Source of the DNA: the human T2T-CHM13v2.0 reference genome, Homo sapiens
Reading direction: 5' to 3' (one strand)
Length of the DNA stretch: 64,000 nucleotides
Assembly: GCF_009914755.1 (NCBI RefSeq)
Contig: NC_060930.1
The notes under the pieces are model-generated. The model was given only the letters and a program-made list of their open reading frames with translations. It ran no database searches and was not told the origin of the DNA. Of this stretch, positions 1 through 64,000 are shown piece by piece (within the stretch, counting starts at the first letter, position 1; each line of letters starts with the position of its first letter). A program made the position numbers and the translations under genes.

Positions 1-53
1 GGCATGAGCCACTGTGCCTGGCCTGACTTCACTCGTTTCTACCCCCTCACCAG

Positions 54-25240
<25,187 letters not shown>

Positions 25241-25357
25241 GGGGGCAGATGCAGGAAACACCTAGAGCAGCCCCAGAGTCACGGGGCTGAGGGGGCGGGA
25301 GCTGCCCCTGTCATAGGGAGGGGGATTCCCAGCGTCTGTAGTGCTTCCTGTTTGCTG

Positions 25358-25363
25358 AATAAA
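25358..25363 (+). terminator. CUL9: CUL9 polyadenylation signal AATAAA
   Basis: AATAAA about 120 nt after the stop codon. Confidence 0.85.
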
Positions 25364-25544
25364 GGTCTCTTTCTCACACACATCTCTGGGAGCAGGCTGA
25401 CAGCTTCACCAGGGGCCAGCCAAGTTGCCACTGCCCTGGCCTCATATCTACCCACACCCCTCATCTTTATGTTTCCTTTAGACCTCCGGACTCTTCTATC
25501 CTCCGAGAAGGCTCAGAGCAGATTCATTTGACTTAAGCTGATAA

Positions 25545-26261
<717 letters not shown>

Positions 26262-26444
26262 CCTCCTCCCAAGTGTTCCTGGGGAGGAGGGGGCTTGAGG
26301 GCATTAGGAGTTGTCCTCCTCTCGGCCTAGAGATTTCTGAAGCATCTATCTTGAAGTGAAGTGTGGCAGGAAAGGGTATTACTGAGGACCTGCCCCACCC
26401 CCATGACTCACACAAGACAGAAAGTTAGGATTTTAACTGTACCT

Positions 26445-26450
26445 TTTAAT
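26445..26450 (-). terminator. DNPH1: DNPH1 polyadenylation signal ATTAAA
   Basis: TTTAAT on + strand about 80 nt past the stop codon. Confidence 0.65.
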
Positions 26451-26528
26451 TTGCTCCTGGGGCTAAGAGGAAGGAATGGTACTAGAGCAGTGTCTGAGAA
26501 TAGAAGAATTTAAGAAAGTGAGATTAAG

Positions 26529-30249
<3,721 letters not shown>

Positions 30250-30774
30250 TCCCCAGCCGCCCGCGCTCTCCGGCGCCAGGGGGCGCCAGCCCGCGGCCAC
30301 GTGACCCCGCCCGGCCCAGCGCAGAGCCCGGCTGCTGAGTCCACACCTGTGGAATGGGGACGACGAACTGGGAGGATCCAGCCGGGACCCTTTCGGGAAC
30401 ACACCCTTCCTGGACTTGACGTTCGGATGCCTAACACGCACCTTAACTTGACCTTGTCCAGGCAGAACTCGAGGGCTTCCCCACCTCACCCGCTTCTGCT
30501 CCCCTCCTCCCCGCCGTCTTCCCCAGCTGCATCCTCCCAGCTGCTCAGGCCCAAGACCCTCGGAGTCATCTGGATCGTTCCCTTTCTCTCAAACTCTGCG
30601 TCCCATCCATTGACAACTCGTGTGGATTCGTCCTTCCAAATCTGAAATCTCACGACCGCCTACAGGGCCACCACCCTGGTCTAAGCCTCCTCTGGGCTCT
30701 CCACAGCCTCCTAACAGGTGTCCACATGTCGTGAGCTGCTCAAGGTCAGACAGAACCAGGTCCACCCACCTTTG

Positions 30775-32032
<1,258 letters not shown>

Positions 32033-32565
32033 ACCTCCCCTGGCCCTTCCCTGCTACAGTTTGCTCTCCACTCAGCAGCTTGAGTGATCTAGGTCATGAC
32101 CCTCCTCTGCTCAAAACCCTCCAGTGGTTCCCATCTCACTTGGGGTAAAAACTGAAAACCTCACAGTAGCTCACAAGGCTCCAGATGATCCTGTCACCCT
32201 CTTACTTCCCTAACTCCAGCTTCTATTACTTCCATTCACTTCTCTGCCACCTCACTGGCTTCCTGGCTGTTCCTTAAGCATGTCAGCCATGCCCTTGCCT
32301 CAGAGTCTTTGCATTTGCTGTTCCCTCTGCCCGGAACACTGTTCTCCCAGGTAGCTTCCTGGCTCACTCCTCATTTCCTTCAAGTCTTTGTTCACACTTC
32401 ACCTTCCCTGATCACCCTATTCAATATGGCAACCCTCCATCCCCCAGTACTCTCTATCACCCTTCCCTACCTTGCCTTTTCTCCTTCTCATACACCATAT
32501 AACTTATTAATTTTGTTGCATGTTTTTCTATACCTAGTAGAAGGTCGTTCACTGCTGTATTCCTG

Positions 32566-32836
32566 CTTTCTTTCTTTTCTTTCTTTCCTTCTTTCTCTTT
32601 CTTTCTTCTTTCTTTCTTTTTCTTTCTTTCCTTCCTTCCTCCCTCCCGTCCTTCCTTTCCTTCCTTCCTTCCTCCTTCTTTCTTCTTTCTTTCTTTCTTT
32701 TTCTTTCTTTCTCCTTCTTTCTTCCTTCTTTCCCCTTCCTTCCTTCCTCTCTCTCTCTTCTTTCTTTCCCTTCCTCCCTCCCTCCCTTCCTCCCTTTCTT
32801 TCTTTCTCTTTTTTTCTCTTTCTTTCTTTTCTTTCT
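32566..32836. repeat. About 270-bp polypyrimidine (CTTT/CCTT)n tract, expanded tail of the adjacent Alu (32837-33113)
   Basis: Almost pure C/T on the + strand. Confidence 0.92.
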
Positions 32837-38332
<5,496 letters not shown>

Positions 38333-39231
38333 TAAATCCCTTTTAATGTACAGGTTGGCGACACACTTTAAAAGCATTTATTTTGTGTGAGACATTCAAT
38401 GGGCACTAACAGAGCAATAGAAAGGAGTAAAGAAGAGCATCTGAGATTTTTGACTCCATTTGGCTTTGGGAGGAGCCAGCCTTAGCTCAAGAATAGGAGA
38501 AATCAGGCTAACGCCATGCATTAATGTGCAAAGGACTGAGTGACTCAAAGAAGGCAGAAATCAAGCATCTGGGGAAGCTCTTCCAGTCTATCCTCACACT
38601 CCTGCCGTGTAACACCCAGATCAAATGTCTTCTTCTGGCCAAGAAGCAGAAGACCTAGATTTACCCTCCCATCTTTAACAACTAAAAAACTGGACAGAAT
38701 ATATGAATATAGAGCAATAATGTTTGAACACTGGCCATCAGGCAGCACAGAACAGTACTGTAATCCCTGAAAGACTGAAAAAAAGTAGACGAGCTTTATA
38801 TTTGCCCCAGCTTATTGCCTACAAGGTTACCAGGCTGCAGGATGGAGGAACCCAGGCTGAGCCTGGCTGTCTCTTTGATCGAGGAGATAGAGCTGGGAGT
38901 CCAGGGAGGCCAAGGCCACTAGTTTGCAGGAGAGCGTACAGGACAGGAGAGAGAGCTCTGGAGAGGTTCAGAGGGTTCCATGAATAGATAGCTGAGGACT
39001 GATCAACACATGTGTATGAGGGAACTATCCGTGGTAGGGAAAAACATCTGAAAGCCACAGAGTTAACAATTTTTGAGCTCATACAGGGATGGAACTAGTG
39101 CCTGTTCCTACTGGCTCATACGGAAAATTCATAGGGCTTTGCCTTGGTGGCAAAAAAAAAAAATAGGTTTTGCCTTAGTGGCAGAGAAATATTAACCCTA
39201 GACTGGACGCTGCTCTGGTCTAAGCTAATAA

Positions 39232-39624
<393 letters not shown>

Positions 39625-40268
39625 TGTTTTTGCTTCTTAAAAATTAACTGCAGTCCAGAAGAAAGCTGAATAATATTCACTGAAATATAAAAATATACAG
39701 GGCTCAGCAAGGTAAAATTCACAGTATTTGGCATCCAGTAAAAAATTAGTAGATATGGAAAGAAGCAGAAAATATGACCCATAGTAAGAATAAAAATCTG
39801 TTGAAACTAATCCAGAAATTGTTTAGATAAAATTAGTAGAAAATATATTAAAGTAGTCATTATAATTATTCCATATGTTTAAGAAGTTAGAAGAAAAAAC
39901 TGAGATATGGAAGATTTTAAAAGACCCAGATCGAACTTCCAGAATTGTAAACAACAATGAAAAATAATACATTGGATGGAATTAATATTAGATTAGATGC
40001 TGTAAGAGAAAAGATTAGTGAACTTGAATACACAGCAATAGAAACTATCCAAAATGAAACACAGTGAGAAAAACGGCTGGGAAAAAGTGAAGCATCACTG
40101 AGTTGTGGGACAACTTCAAGTGGCCTAATACACAAGGTAATTGGAGTCCTTGAAGGAAAGGGGAGGGCAGAAAAAATATTTAAGAAAATAATGGCTGAAA
40201 AATTTCTCAACTTGATGAAAACTATAAATGCACAGATACAAGAATCTCAAACCCAAGCACAAGAAACA

Positions 40269-41303
40269 TGAAGGGGTGGCCTGCCCCTCCACACCTGTGG
40301 GTATTTCTAGTCAGGTGGGACGAGAGACTGAAAAAAGAAATAAGACACAGAGACAAAGTATAGAGAAACAACAGTGGGCCCAGGAGACTGGCACTCAGCA
40401 CACCAAGGACCTGCACTGGCACCGGCCTCTGAGTTCCCTCAGTTTTTATTGATTATTATTTTCATTATTTCAGCAAAAAGGAATGTAGTAGGAGACCAGG
40501 GTGATAATAAGGAGAAGGTCAGCAAAAAACATGTGAGCAAAAGAATCTATGTCATAATTAAGTTCAAGGGAAGGTACTATGCCTGGATGTGCACATAGGC
40601 CAGATTTATGTTTCTCTCCACCCAAACATCTCAGCAGAGTAAAGAATAATAAGGCAGCATTACTGTAAACATATCTCGCCTCCCACCATAGGGCAGTTTT
40701 TCTCCTATCTCAGAATTGAACAAATGTACAATCGGGTTTTATATCGAGACATTCAGTTCCCAGGGGCAGGCAGGAGACAGTCGCCTTCCACTATCTATCT
40801 CAACTGCAAGAGGCTTTCCTCTTTTACTAATCCACCTCAGCACAGACCCTTTACGAGTGTCGGGCTGGGGGACGGTCAGGTCTTTCTCATCCCACGAGGC
40901 CATATTTCAGACTATCACATGGGGAGAAACCTTGGAAAATACCCCGCTTTCAAGGGCAGAGGTCCCTGTGGCTTTCCGCAGTACATTGTGCCCCTGGTTT
41001 ATTGAGACTAGAGAATGGTGACAACCTTTACCAAGTATACTGCTTGTAAACATTTTGTTAACAAGGCATGTCCTGCACAGCCCTTAAACCTTTATTTTAT
41101 ACAACACATGTTTTGTAAGCTCCAGGCTGAGTCAAAGTGGCTGGGTCAAAGTGGCTGGGGCAAAGTGGCTGGGGCAAAGCTACAAATTAACAACATCTCA
41201 GCAAAGCAATTGTTTAAAGTACAGGTCTTTTTCAAAATGGAGTCTCTTATGTCTTCCCTTTCTATATAGACACAGTAACAGTCTGATCTCTCTTTTCCCT
41301 ACA
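40269..41303 (-). mobile_element. Solo LTR of HERV-K(HML-2), LTR5A-like
   Basis: Minus strand begins TGTAGGGAAAAGAGAGATCAGACTGTTACTGTG and ends GGGGCAGGCCACCCCTTCA; 1035 bp; AAACA duplicated at 40264-40268 and 41304-41308; subfamily from recalled consensus. Confidence 0.88.
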
Positions 41304-41398
41304 AAACATGAACTATGTAAAAAAGACACATCATAAAATAGCTTACATAGCTAAATCCAGTGACAAAGAGAAAATCTTAAAAGAAACCAGAGGCATTG

Positions 41399-41717
41399 GG
41401 CTGGGCGCGGTGGCTCATGCCTATAATCCTAGCACTTTGGGAGGCTGAGGCGCACAGATCATTTGAGGTCAGGAGTTTGAGACCAGCTTGACCAACATGG
41501 TGAAACGCTGTCTTTACTAAAAATACAAAAAATTGCTGGGTATGGTAGTGCATGCCTGTAATCTCAGCTACTCGGGAGGCTGAGACAGGAGAATCACTTG
41601 AACCCGGGAGGTGGAGGTTGCAGTGAACCTAGATAGTGTCACTGCACTCCAGCAGTCTGGGTGACAGAGACAGACTCTGTCTCAAAAGACAAAACAAAAC
41701 AAAACAAAGCAAAAAAC
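41399..41717 (+). mobile_element. Alu (AluS-like)
   Basis: Alu consensus with (CAAAA)n tail. Confidence 0.9.
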
Positions 41718-41929
41718 AGATGCATAAAAGACATGTATTTCATACAAAGGAACAGAGATAGGATAATTGCAAATTTCTGATCAGAAACAATGCAAGTTAG
41801 AAGACAATAGAGCAACATTTTTAAAGTACTGAAAACAAAAGCAAAAAAGAAACTAGAATTCTAACCCAACACTCACATCAGACCATGTCTCATCTTTGCA
41901 CAAAACTCCTCAGTGGTTTCCTATCTGAA

Positions 41930-42353
41930 AATCAGGCTCTCCAGGACACTGCCTCTGAGACAGAGATGATCGCACAGTAAGTTTATTGGGAAGTGCTCTG
42001 GTGATCAACCTCTGTGGAGGACTGAAGAAGGCAAGGTTGCATGGAAGGGGAAGTTGAGCTCTGATATAGTCTCAATAGAAGCCTCAGCTGTCCCTATTAA
42101 TTTTGAAAATAGGATATCCCTTCAGAGCTGTCCCCAGTTGAAGCAAGGGGGTCAGGCCTTTATACTCATCAACTGGATGTGGGATGTCCCAGGAAGGGGG
42201 TATGATCTTGGATGAGGCAGCTCCCTTGGCCAAGGGCAATTCCCAGAGAACAGGTCAGCTGAAAGCAGTCAGCCTTCAACATCTCATATCTGGGAGAATA
42301 AGCACCTACATTCTGGAGGGAGATCTGAATGGCTCTCCACAGTATCCACTACA
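41930..42353 (-). mobile_element. ERVL LTR remnant, LTR33-like
   Basis: Minus strand starts TGTAGTGGATACTGTGG; internal similarity to recalled LTR33 consensus. Confidence 0.6.
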
Positions 42354-42844
42354 GTTCCAAAAACCAAATGGATAAAATCTAATCTTCTTAGCACTGCACA
42401 CAAGGTCCTTCATGATCTTGCACACGCCCGCCCCAGCCTCATCTCATGCTGTCTTCTCAGCCTGGAAGTCTCTTTCATGCTCTGCCCTGGCCCCACTTGT
42501 CTGTTGGCAAACTTCTACTAATTCTACTAATTCCTCAAATTACAGTTGAATGTACCTCCTCCAAGAAGCCTTCCCTGACTACTCTTGCAGGCTCAATGAT
42601 CCTTCCTCCCAATGTGGTGATTAGAACCATGGACTCCAGAGCCAGGGACTGAATTCCAGCTCTGCCACTTTCTAGCTGTGTAACCCAATGCATATTACTT
42701 AACCTGTCTGTATCTTAGTTTCCTCATCTATAAAACAAGGGATAACAATAGTACTCTTACTTCATAGGGTTGTCATCAGGATTAAAGCAATTAACATATG
42801 TAAAGTTAGAGTAGTATCTGGCAGAAGTAAATAACTGCTGCAAT

Positions 42845-43507
42845 TGTTGTTGTTGTTGTTGTTGTTATTATTGAGACAGAGTCTCGCTCTGTCATCCAGG
42901 CTGGCATGCAGTAGCATAATCACGGCTCACTGCAGTGTTGACCTCCTGGGCTCAAGAAATCCTCCCCCCTCAGCCTCCCGAGTAGCTGGGACTGCAGGTG
43001 CACACCACCACACCCAACTAATTTTTAAATTTTTTGTACAGATGAGGTCTCACTATGTTGCCCAGGCCGGTCTTGAACTCCCGGGCTCAAGCGATCCTGC
43101 TGCCTTGGTCCCCCAAAGTGTTGGGATTATAGGCATGAGCCATTGCACTTGGCCCATTGTTGTTGTTATTATTATTCAAGTTGCTCTGATGCATTTGTTG
43201 AAGGCATTAAGGAAGGAAAGAACTGGCTGGGCACAATGGCTCATGCCTGTAATCCCAGAAATTTGGGAGGCCAAGGTGGGCAGATGGCTTTGAGCTCAGG
43301 AATTCAAGACCAGCGTGGGGAACATGGTGAAACCCCGTCTCTACAAAAAATACAAAAATTAGCCGGGGATAGTGGCTCATGCCTGTAGTCTCAAATATTT
43401 GGGAGGCTGAGGCTGGAGACTCGCTTAAGTCCAGGAAGCAGAGGTTGCAATAAACTGAGACTGTGCCACTGCACTCCAGCCTGGGCAGCAGAGTGAGACC
43501 CTGTTTC

Positions 43508-43537
<30 letters not shown>
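42845..43537. mobile_element. Head-to-head inverted Alu pair (about 42845-43155 -, 43226-43537 +)
   Basis: Alu consensus in opposite orientations, about 70 bp apart. Confidence 0.88.
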
Positions 43538-43538
<1 letters not shown>

Positions 43539-44149
43539 AGGAAGAAACTGAAAGAGACAGGCGGCATGCAGAATGTGTTGTTCAAGGAATGTTGGAATGT
43601 TGAGTTGTTGAGTAACCCAACATGTCAGAAGGGGAGTAATGGCCTAATGGGTCCATGTTGGGAAGATGTTTTGATGTTACAGTAAAGAGTGTCCATCTTA
43701 TTTGGTAAGCAGTAAAAACCAATGGCAGAGTTTGTCCACAAATGAAAGAAAGGGCCAAAGAAAGAGAGACACAGATTGAGCCAAAAGATAAAGCATATAG
43801 GTGGTGAGGTGAGAATTGCACATGACGGGTGGTGGGTGCGAGTGTGGGATGGTCCCAGAAGTGGTGGGTGATGGGGACGTATGGGAGGATGGGTACAGGA
43901 GAGGGGGATGAGTTGAGAGGAAGGCGATATAAACATGTAGAGGATGGAGTGGGGAATCAGGCGAGACTGATGGGTCAGATGAGGAATTTTAGACATGCTA
44001 GGAGTGGGGAAGATAAAGGGTGATGGAGACAGGTGAGTTTTATGGGAACAGGTAAGGAGTGATGGGGCTGTGCTGGGAGATGGAGTCAAGCGGGTGGCAG
44101 AGAGCTGTAAGGAGAACCTGAGAGCTGGAGCGGGACAGCCAGAGAGTCC

Positions 44150-44720
44150 CAGGGCTGGAGGAGAGCGGAGCGGGGCCGTCGGAACGTGATGTCAGAGGAG
44201 GAGCCGTGATGTCAGAGCGGGCGGCGGGCGGTGATGTCAGGGCTGGTGCTGATGCTGGCGGCGCGGTGCATTGTGGGCAGCTCCCCGCTCTGCCGCTGCC
44301 GCCGCCGTCGCCCAAGGAGGATCGGGGCCGGGCCGGGCCGGGATGATCCGGGTCGGAAGGCCGCCGCCGCCGGAGGGAGCGGGTCACCCAACGCCGCACT
44401 GAGCCGCCCCCGCCCCGCCCCGGCCCCGGGGGATGCGCCGCCCCGAGCTGCTGCCTCCGCCGCCGCCGCAGCCGCAGCCGCAGCGGGCACAGAGCAGGTG
44501 AGGCGGGGCGGGGCGGGCCGGGGTCGGGGCGGGGGCTCCTTCGTGGGCTCAGGGGGCTCCGCCTGGCTCGCCTCCCAGCGCAGCCTTCTTGGGCTCCCCT
44601 CCGCGCTGCTGTCGCCGCCCGCTGGGCTGGGACGCTGGCCTACACCGCCTGGGCCGCGCCGAGGCCTGGAGCCGCTCCCTGTCCCCAGCACACAGACCTC
44701 CCTCCCCAACCCGTCCTCCG
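44150..44720 (+). promoter_or_regulatory. TTBK1: TTBK1 CpG-island promoter and first exon (donor CAG|gtgag at 44497)
   Basis: Very GC/CpG-rich, GC boxes, strong donor site, 3 kb upstream of the first coding exon; the TSS cannot be fixed from sequence. Confidence 0.8.
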
Positions 44721-46229
44721 GGCACTTTGCTCCTCCCCACTCACCTCCGTCCCCTGTCCCCATGGCTTCACCCCTGGCTCTCCTGTCATCCCTGACGAAT
44801 CATTCGGCTGTCTCCGTAACCTCCCTCCCTGTCCTCAGTCCCTCCATGCCTCCCACCTGCCTTCTTACCTACTTCCTCACCCCCTCAACTGTGCCCAGAG
44901 ATCCCTCCCATGGTCCTATCTCTTCCTTGCCTGTCATCATTATCTCTCACGGGTCTCTATCCTACCCACCCCTCTCCTCTGATCCTGTCGCTCCTCATCC
45001 CTGCCATTCCCCTCTGCCTCCCTCCACACCTCTTTCACCTGTTCCCATCACCCCTCGCTAGTCTCCATCACCTCTCCTTACCTGGGCTCCCAGATTCTCA
45101 CACACACCTGCTGACACCTTGCAGAGTTACACATCAACACTTGTATTCACAGGCCATGATGAGCTCCCACCAGTTCCACGTACCCCTGTGTACCATCACT
45201 GGCCCCACATGCTCCTATCTGCACTCTCTGACAGATATTCATACAAACTCCTGCATAAGCCCTCGCCTTCACCATGCGCCCATGTGCACATAGGGGTCTG
45301 AGGCGGCAGTAACGGGGCAGCCAAGTGTCCCATGTTTGTATCATCCAACCCAGTCTCAGCTGAGCATAGTCCTCAGACACAGAGAGAAGGAGGGTGGAGA
45401 GGGAGAAGCAGGTAACCCTCATTTATCTTCCTGGCTCCACTCTTCCTTCTCTTGCCTCATCTGTTTCTTTTTGGTTTGCTCATCTATAAAATGAGAGCAG
45501 GACACAAATTTTCCTTATCAACCTAACAGATCCACTGTCCCAGAACTGGAAAGCCCACCAGAGTTCACCCAGTTTAGCTTCTGAAGGCCCCCTCCCACCA
45601 GTTCAATTGCTTCTTCAGTCTTGTCCTCAACCTGTCTCCTCCACCTTTATTCTAGAACCCCCATCCCTACCTCTCCCTTCATCCTGCCACTGCCCTCACT
45701 GCCCTTCAAATTCCTGATGCCCCATATCCCACTTTGGCAGAAAGAGGGAAGTCCTGATGCTCTGAAGTTGTAAGGATTGGAGGAAACAGCTCAGCTTAGT
45801 CACTTGAAGAAAGAGAAAAGGAGTGGCAGCGTCCCTCCCCATGAAGATCCCTTCTCCATATGTCCACCATGGCCCATCATGAATTAGAAGGTGGTTTCCA
45901 CACCTCCACGTCCCACCCTGTCCCCTATGGCAGGATGTCTAGATGCAAGAGCCCTGGGAAGTTATTTCATCCCAAGGAAAGGTGGGTTTATGTAGTTTCT
46001 ACCCCATCTATACATCTCTTTAGCCACCTTCCTCCCCCGACCCGCAACCCCCAAACCCCAGCCTAAGTAACTTCCCTCTTTCTCTATTTGTGACTCTCCA
46101 GGGTCGTTGTGAGGGCACGGTAGTGTGCTTCTAAAAAGTGTGAGGGAAAGAGAAGAGGAAAATATCCTGGTTCCAAATCCTGTCCTGGGTTGGCAGAAAT
46201 CTCAGAAAGTCATGTCTTCTGGCCCCTTG

Positions 46230-46412
46230 CCTACACACATGCATATCACACACAGACACAAAACACACACAAGAACACACAGATACAGAGATACATGTAG
46301 AAAAGCACACAGACACACAGAAAAGATAGACAAAGAAAGACACACAAAGAAACATACACACACAGAAGGATACATGCACAGATACACACACAGACATACA
46401 CACACGCACACA
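46230..46412. repeat. Degenerate (CA)n-rich low-complexity tract in TTBK1 intron 1
   Basis: Direct read. Confidence 0.75.
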
Positions 46413-47349
46413 TGGGCATTTCTCCGGTAACATGTGCCTGTCTTTCCCAACCCCCGCCGTTGGGAAACTCTCCCTGATATCTAAATTCTACCTGTCCTAA
46501 TTCGAGGAGAGATGTGTTCTTTCTTGTTGATTCCTAAGCAGACACAGAAAGGTGTGGTCAGAGGCTTTCTCACCCCATGCCCACCCAGACCTGCTGTTCT
46601 CTTTCACTTCTCCTGCCTCCTGCTAGGCCCCTTCCATTTTCCTGTCCTCCCCAGTTCAGCCCACTTCTGTCCCTCTGGAGTGGCCACAAGGTTGCTGTCT
46701 ATCTGAAATCCATGTCTTGAGTCCATCACCTGTGTTCACCCCATCTCTTATATCCTGACCTCCCAACCCCATGGCTGTGTCAGTGGGTTCAGCTCACCCT
46801 GAGAAAGGTGTATGACTCTCAGCACATCCATCCCCCTCAGTTAACACCACCCTCAAGGGGCTTTAGTGCCTCCCCTCATTTTCTTGATTACCACATCTCC
46901 CAGGGCTGATTAGCAGGTCACTTTGGTGTGGGTGTCCCATGGGTCACCCCTTGGGTAGCAGGTCTTCCCTTTTCACTAAGCCTCTGTTGCACAGCTCCAT
47001 GGACATTTTGTGGCACAGGGACTCCCCTAAGGGGGAGCCAAAGCCCAGGCCTCCCCTACAAGGGAAAGGGTCCCAGTCTGGTATGCCCCCTTGGTCAGCA
47101 AGTCTTCCTGGCATCAGTTAGAGTATGTCTCTCTCCCCTCGGCCTGTTCACTGTCATTTTCCTCTTCTTCATTGGTCAACATGTGTGTCCTGTTGCTGAT
47201 TTTAAACATCTCTAGTTTGTAGTCTGTATCTCCCTTGCACTGGCCTTTATACAATCTTTCCCCTGGTAACTCCTGGAGCATCTGTCCAGTGGGGCCAGGA
47301 AGAATGCAGAGCAGGAGTGGAGCTCCTCTCCTCCATATCTGCCAGGTGG

Positions 47350-64000
<16,651 letters not shown>

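Noticed and set aside
41133-41174. Three 14-bp direct repeats considered as a CRISPR-like or novel array
   Set aside because: No spacers; internal tandem repeat of the LTR5-family element.
44498-45061. Intronic continuation of the 276-aa ORF from TTBK1 exon 1
   Set aside because: Reads through a strong donor into C-rich low-complexity intron; only the spliced frame is kept as a finding.
46125-46450. His/Thr-rich and Cys/Val-rich ORFs
   Set aside because: Translations of a degenerate (CA)n tract.
46989-47008. Partial REST/RE1-like sequence CAGCTCCATGGACA in TTBK1 intron 1
   Set aside because: Several mismatches to TTCAGCACCACGGACAGCGCC; not supportable without a PWM scan or ChIP data.

Overview
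Human-type genomic DNA, very Alu-rich, recognised from translated exons as the CUL9-DNPH1-TTBK1 locus (human chr6p21.1 from memory). It contains the last 29 coding exons of CUL9/PARC on + (54-25240; DOC, cullin, WHB, RING1-IBR-RING2-Ariadne, acidic tail), the complete 4-exon DNPH1/RCL gene on - (CDS 30249-26529, 174 aa) converging on CUL9, and the 5' part of TTBK1 on + (CpG-island exon 1 ending 44497, coding exons from 47450, full CK1-family kinase domain, running off the right end). Repeats include about 45 Alus, a solo HERV-K(HML-2) LTR5-family element inside an old L1, an LTR33-like element, and L2/MIR/MER remnants. I found no prokaryotic-type system, CRISPR array or structural RNA gene, and no wholly new gene system. 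The best leads are regulatory: an open in-frame 106-codon upstream extension plus three same-frame uORFs in the TTBK1 leader, a CUL9 exon that rebuilds a strong 5' splice site, stop-free in-frame introns, a triple CRE-like promoter array, a perfect 19-bp hairpin and a 25-bp-spaced inverted Alu pair. Repeat boundaries and subfamilies were called by eye and are approximate.
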